NCBI GenBank assembly: GCA_002269645.1
Contig: NIVC01001584.1
Location: 1-64,000, forward strand
Source: Macrostomum lignano
Lineage: Eukaryota
Reading direction: 5' to 3'
Length of the DNA: 64,000 nucleotides
Made by a program: the position numbers and the translations under genes. Every line of letters starts with the position of its first letter. Position 1 is the first letter of the stretch. Positions 62,278 to 64,000 of the stretch are shown piece after piece. Below the pieces are notes generated by a model. That model saw only the letters and a program-made list of their open reading frames with translations. It ran no database searches and was not told the DNA's origin.

Positions 62278-62632
62278 GTACATGGGTTGCATCTGCCTCT
62301 CCGGTGGTGAGAATGCGGAGCACTTCATCTGTGAATGCCCCGCCTTCACTCAGGACAGGCTCGACAACCTCGGCCCAAACTCGGACTTTCCGAAATCTTC
62401 GAACCCGAGAATCTCTGCCAGTTCTTCCTCTACATGTACCTAAGGGCTACTGGGCGAGCGACCATCCACCTTCTGGACTCACTGGATGGGGACTGCGCTG
62501 CGGACGCAGGTACCACCGGCTCTACCGGAGCACAATAGCTGCCAGTGGCTATGGGAACGAGCCTGTCCCCGCTGTATCCGGATGCCCAGAGCCCCTTGTT
62601 GCTGAGTCTGTAGCTGAGTCTGAGTCTGAGTA
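62278..62632 (+). mobile_element. 3' fragment of a non-LTR retrotransposon
   Basis: [27 protein letters not shown] resembles the C-terminal CCHC motif of LINE ORF2 (C..C...E...H....CP...R). It ends in a short (CTGAGT)n tail at ~62600-62630. Confidence 0.6.
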
Positions 62633-62738
62633 TGTATATTTTTATATTTTACAGCTTATTATAACAATGAAAGCATGAGCAAATGAAATATTAGAGGGTA
62701 GACAGAATCGCACGCAAGAGAGACTTTCGTATGCCGGT

Positions 62739-63961
62739 ATGACCATGGCAGGTAAATTTATCCAATTAGCTAATGGCAAGGGAAGAGAGAGCTGCTTCTG
62801 CAGTGCCTCACTCATAGTATGGATTTTTAGTATATAGGATTACTGAGGAATTTCTAACAGAGCTGCCATAAACACCCTCTCTATCGGTATCCCTACAAAA
62901 TTGCATGCTCAGAAGGGCTGTAGTTACGAGCTAAAATATTTAAAGTTTAGGATTGCAATCATTCTCATAATATAAATTGCTCTCAATATTGCTACAGACT
63001 AAACTAGGCCATCTAGACCATCTAGGCAAAAAGCAAGAACTATCTAGAAGTTCTAGAAGTAGAAGTTCTAGAAGTTCTAATCTAGAAGTTCATCAAAACA
63101 ACGCGCAGGAAATTACTAGTAAGCTGACTGGCAACGCTGTATCTAACCATGATTTTTTGCAAATAAAAAACCGAAATCACTACCTAATCCTGAACTTCAT
63201 TTCCAGTGCTTGGGCTGCTTGCTCTCATGCTGCTAGCAGCTGTCGGGAGCGTCAATTCCCAGGACCTAGGCTTCGGCTTTGCTCTGAAGTACATCCGCAT
63301 GTGCCTGAAGCCGGAGTTCACTCGCGAGCTGGCCACGGACAATGGAACCGCTGAGTTCGTGTGCGCCTCAGCGTGCGCTAGGCTGGGCCCGAGCTGCCAG
63401 GGATTCCAGCTGACTGCAGGAGGCGCCAAGTGCCGGGCCCTCGTGTTCGACAAGTGCAGTCCGAGCCAGCTGGTCCGCACCGACTGCAGCGACTTCGCCT
63501 GGACCTTCGTTCGCAACCAGCCGGGTCTGCCGGACGGCCAGCTGTGCCCCGACGGCTTCGGCAGTGGCTACTTCGGCTCCACCTACAAGGTGGTGAGCGC
63601 CGCTAGCTGGACTGCCGGTCGCACAGCATGCGAGGCGATGCCCGGACTCACCAAATATGCCGACGCCTTGGAGAGAAACGAGACGGCCCATTTCCACTGG
63701 ATCAAGACCAACGTGAACTCTGGCAAAAGCTTCTTCATCGGCGGATACCGGCCTGGAAGTGCTGTCGGCGATCCGTGGTTCTGGCTGGACTGCAACTTGG
63801 GCCTCCTGCCCGAAGTCTGGGGACCCGGACAGCCGAACGCAGGCGTCTCCGCCAACCGATTGGACATCTGGTCGACTCACTCGGCCGGAGTGGAAGATTT
63901 GACTGATGTCAACGCTGGAGTCACCATGGCGATGTGCGAGTGCATCGATCCGTTCGCCTGA
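62739..63961 (+). CDS. Secreted PAN/Apple-like + C-type lectin-like protein, ~255 aa (exons 62739-62751; 63207-63961)
   Basis: ATGACCATGGCAG|gtaaat joins ttccag|TGCTTGGG in phase 1 to give the signal peptide MTMAVLGLLALMLLAAVGSVNS. PAN-like FVCASACARLGPSCQGFQL...KC is followed by CTLD-like SWTAGRTACEAM...FFIGG...WFWLD...WGPGQPN...AMCE. Confidence 0.8.
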
Positions 63962-64000
63962 CATTTACCGATATGTAATTCTACTATCGAGTTTCCATTT

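Overview
Eukaryotic (animal) genomic DNA with GC-rich spliced exons, and introns and intergenic gaps packed with minisatellites. This style suggests a free-living flatworm such as Macrostomum (inference, not verified). Seven protein-coding genes could be rebuilt by hand with GT-AG, phase-consistent exons: a FEV/ERG-subfamily ETS factor (-), a ferritin heavy chain (-), a calmodulin-like protein with degenerate EF-hands (+), an UNC-93-like MFS protein (-), a ~1950-aa AJM1-like protein with a MYND-type finger (+), a tandem RlaP/PF10127-like Pol-beta nucleotidyltransferase (-) and a secreted PAN + C-type lectin protein (+). Mobile DNA includes a hAT non-autonomous element with 8-bp TSD and a long internal inverted repeat, and a tRNA-headed SINE family. 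There is also a LINE 3' fragment and a 2.6-kb Gypsy (Mag-like) LTR element with a 5-bp TSD that lacks RT/RNase H, nested in an old mariner relic. The top candidate for an undescribed system is the intron-containing double RlaP-type nucleotidyltransferase, which appears to have a pseudo-enzyme domain followed by an active-site-intact domain. Most long ORFs in the supplied track are artefacts of tandem repeats. All exon models are manual predictions with no transcript support.
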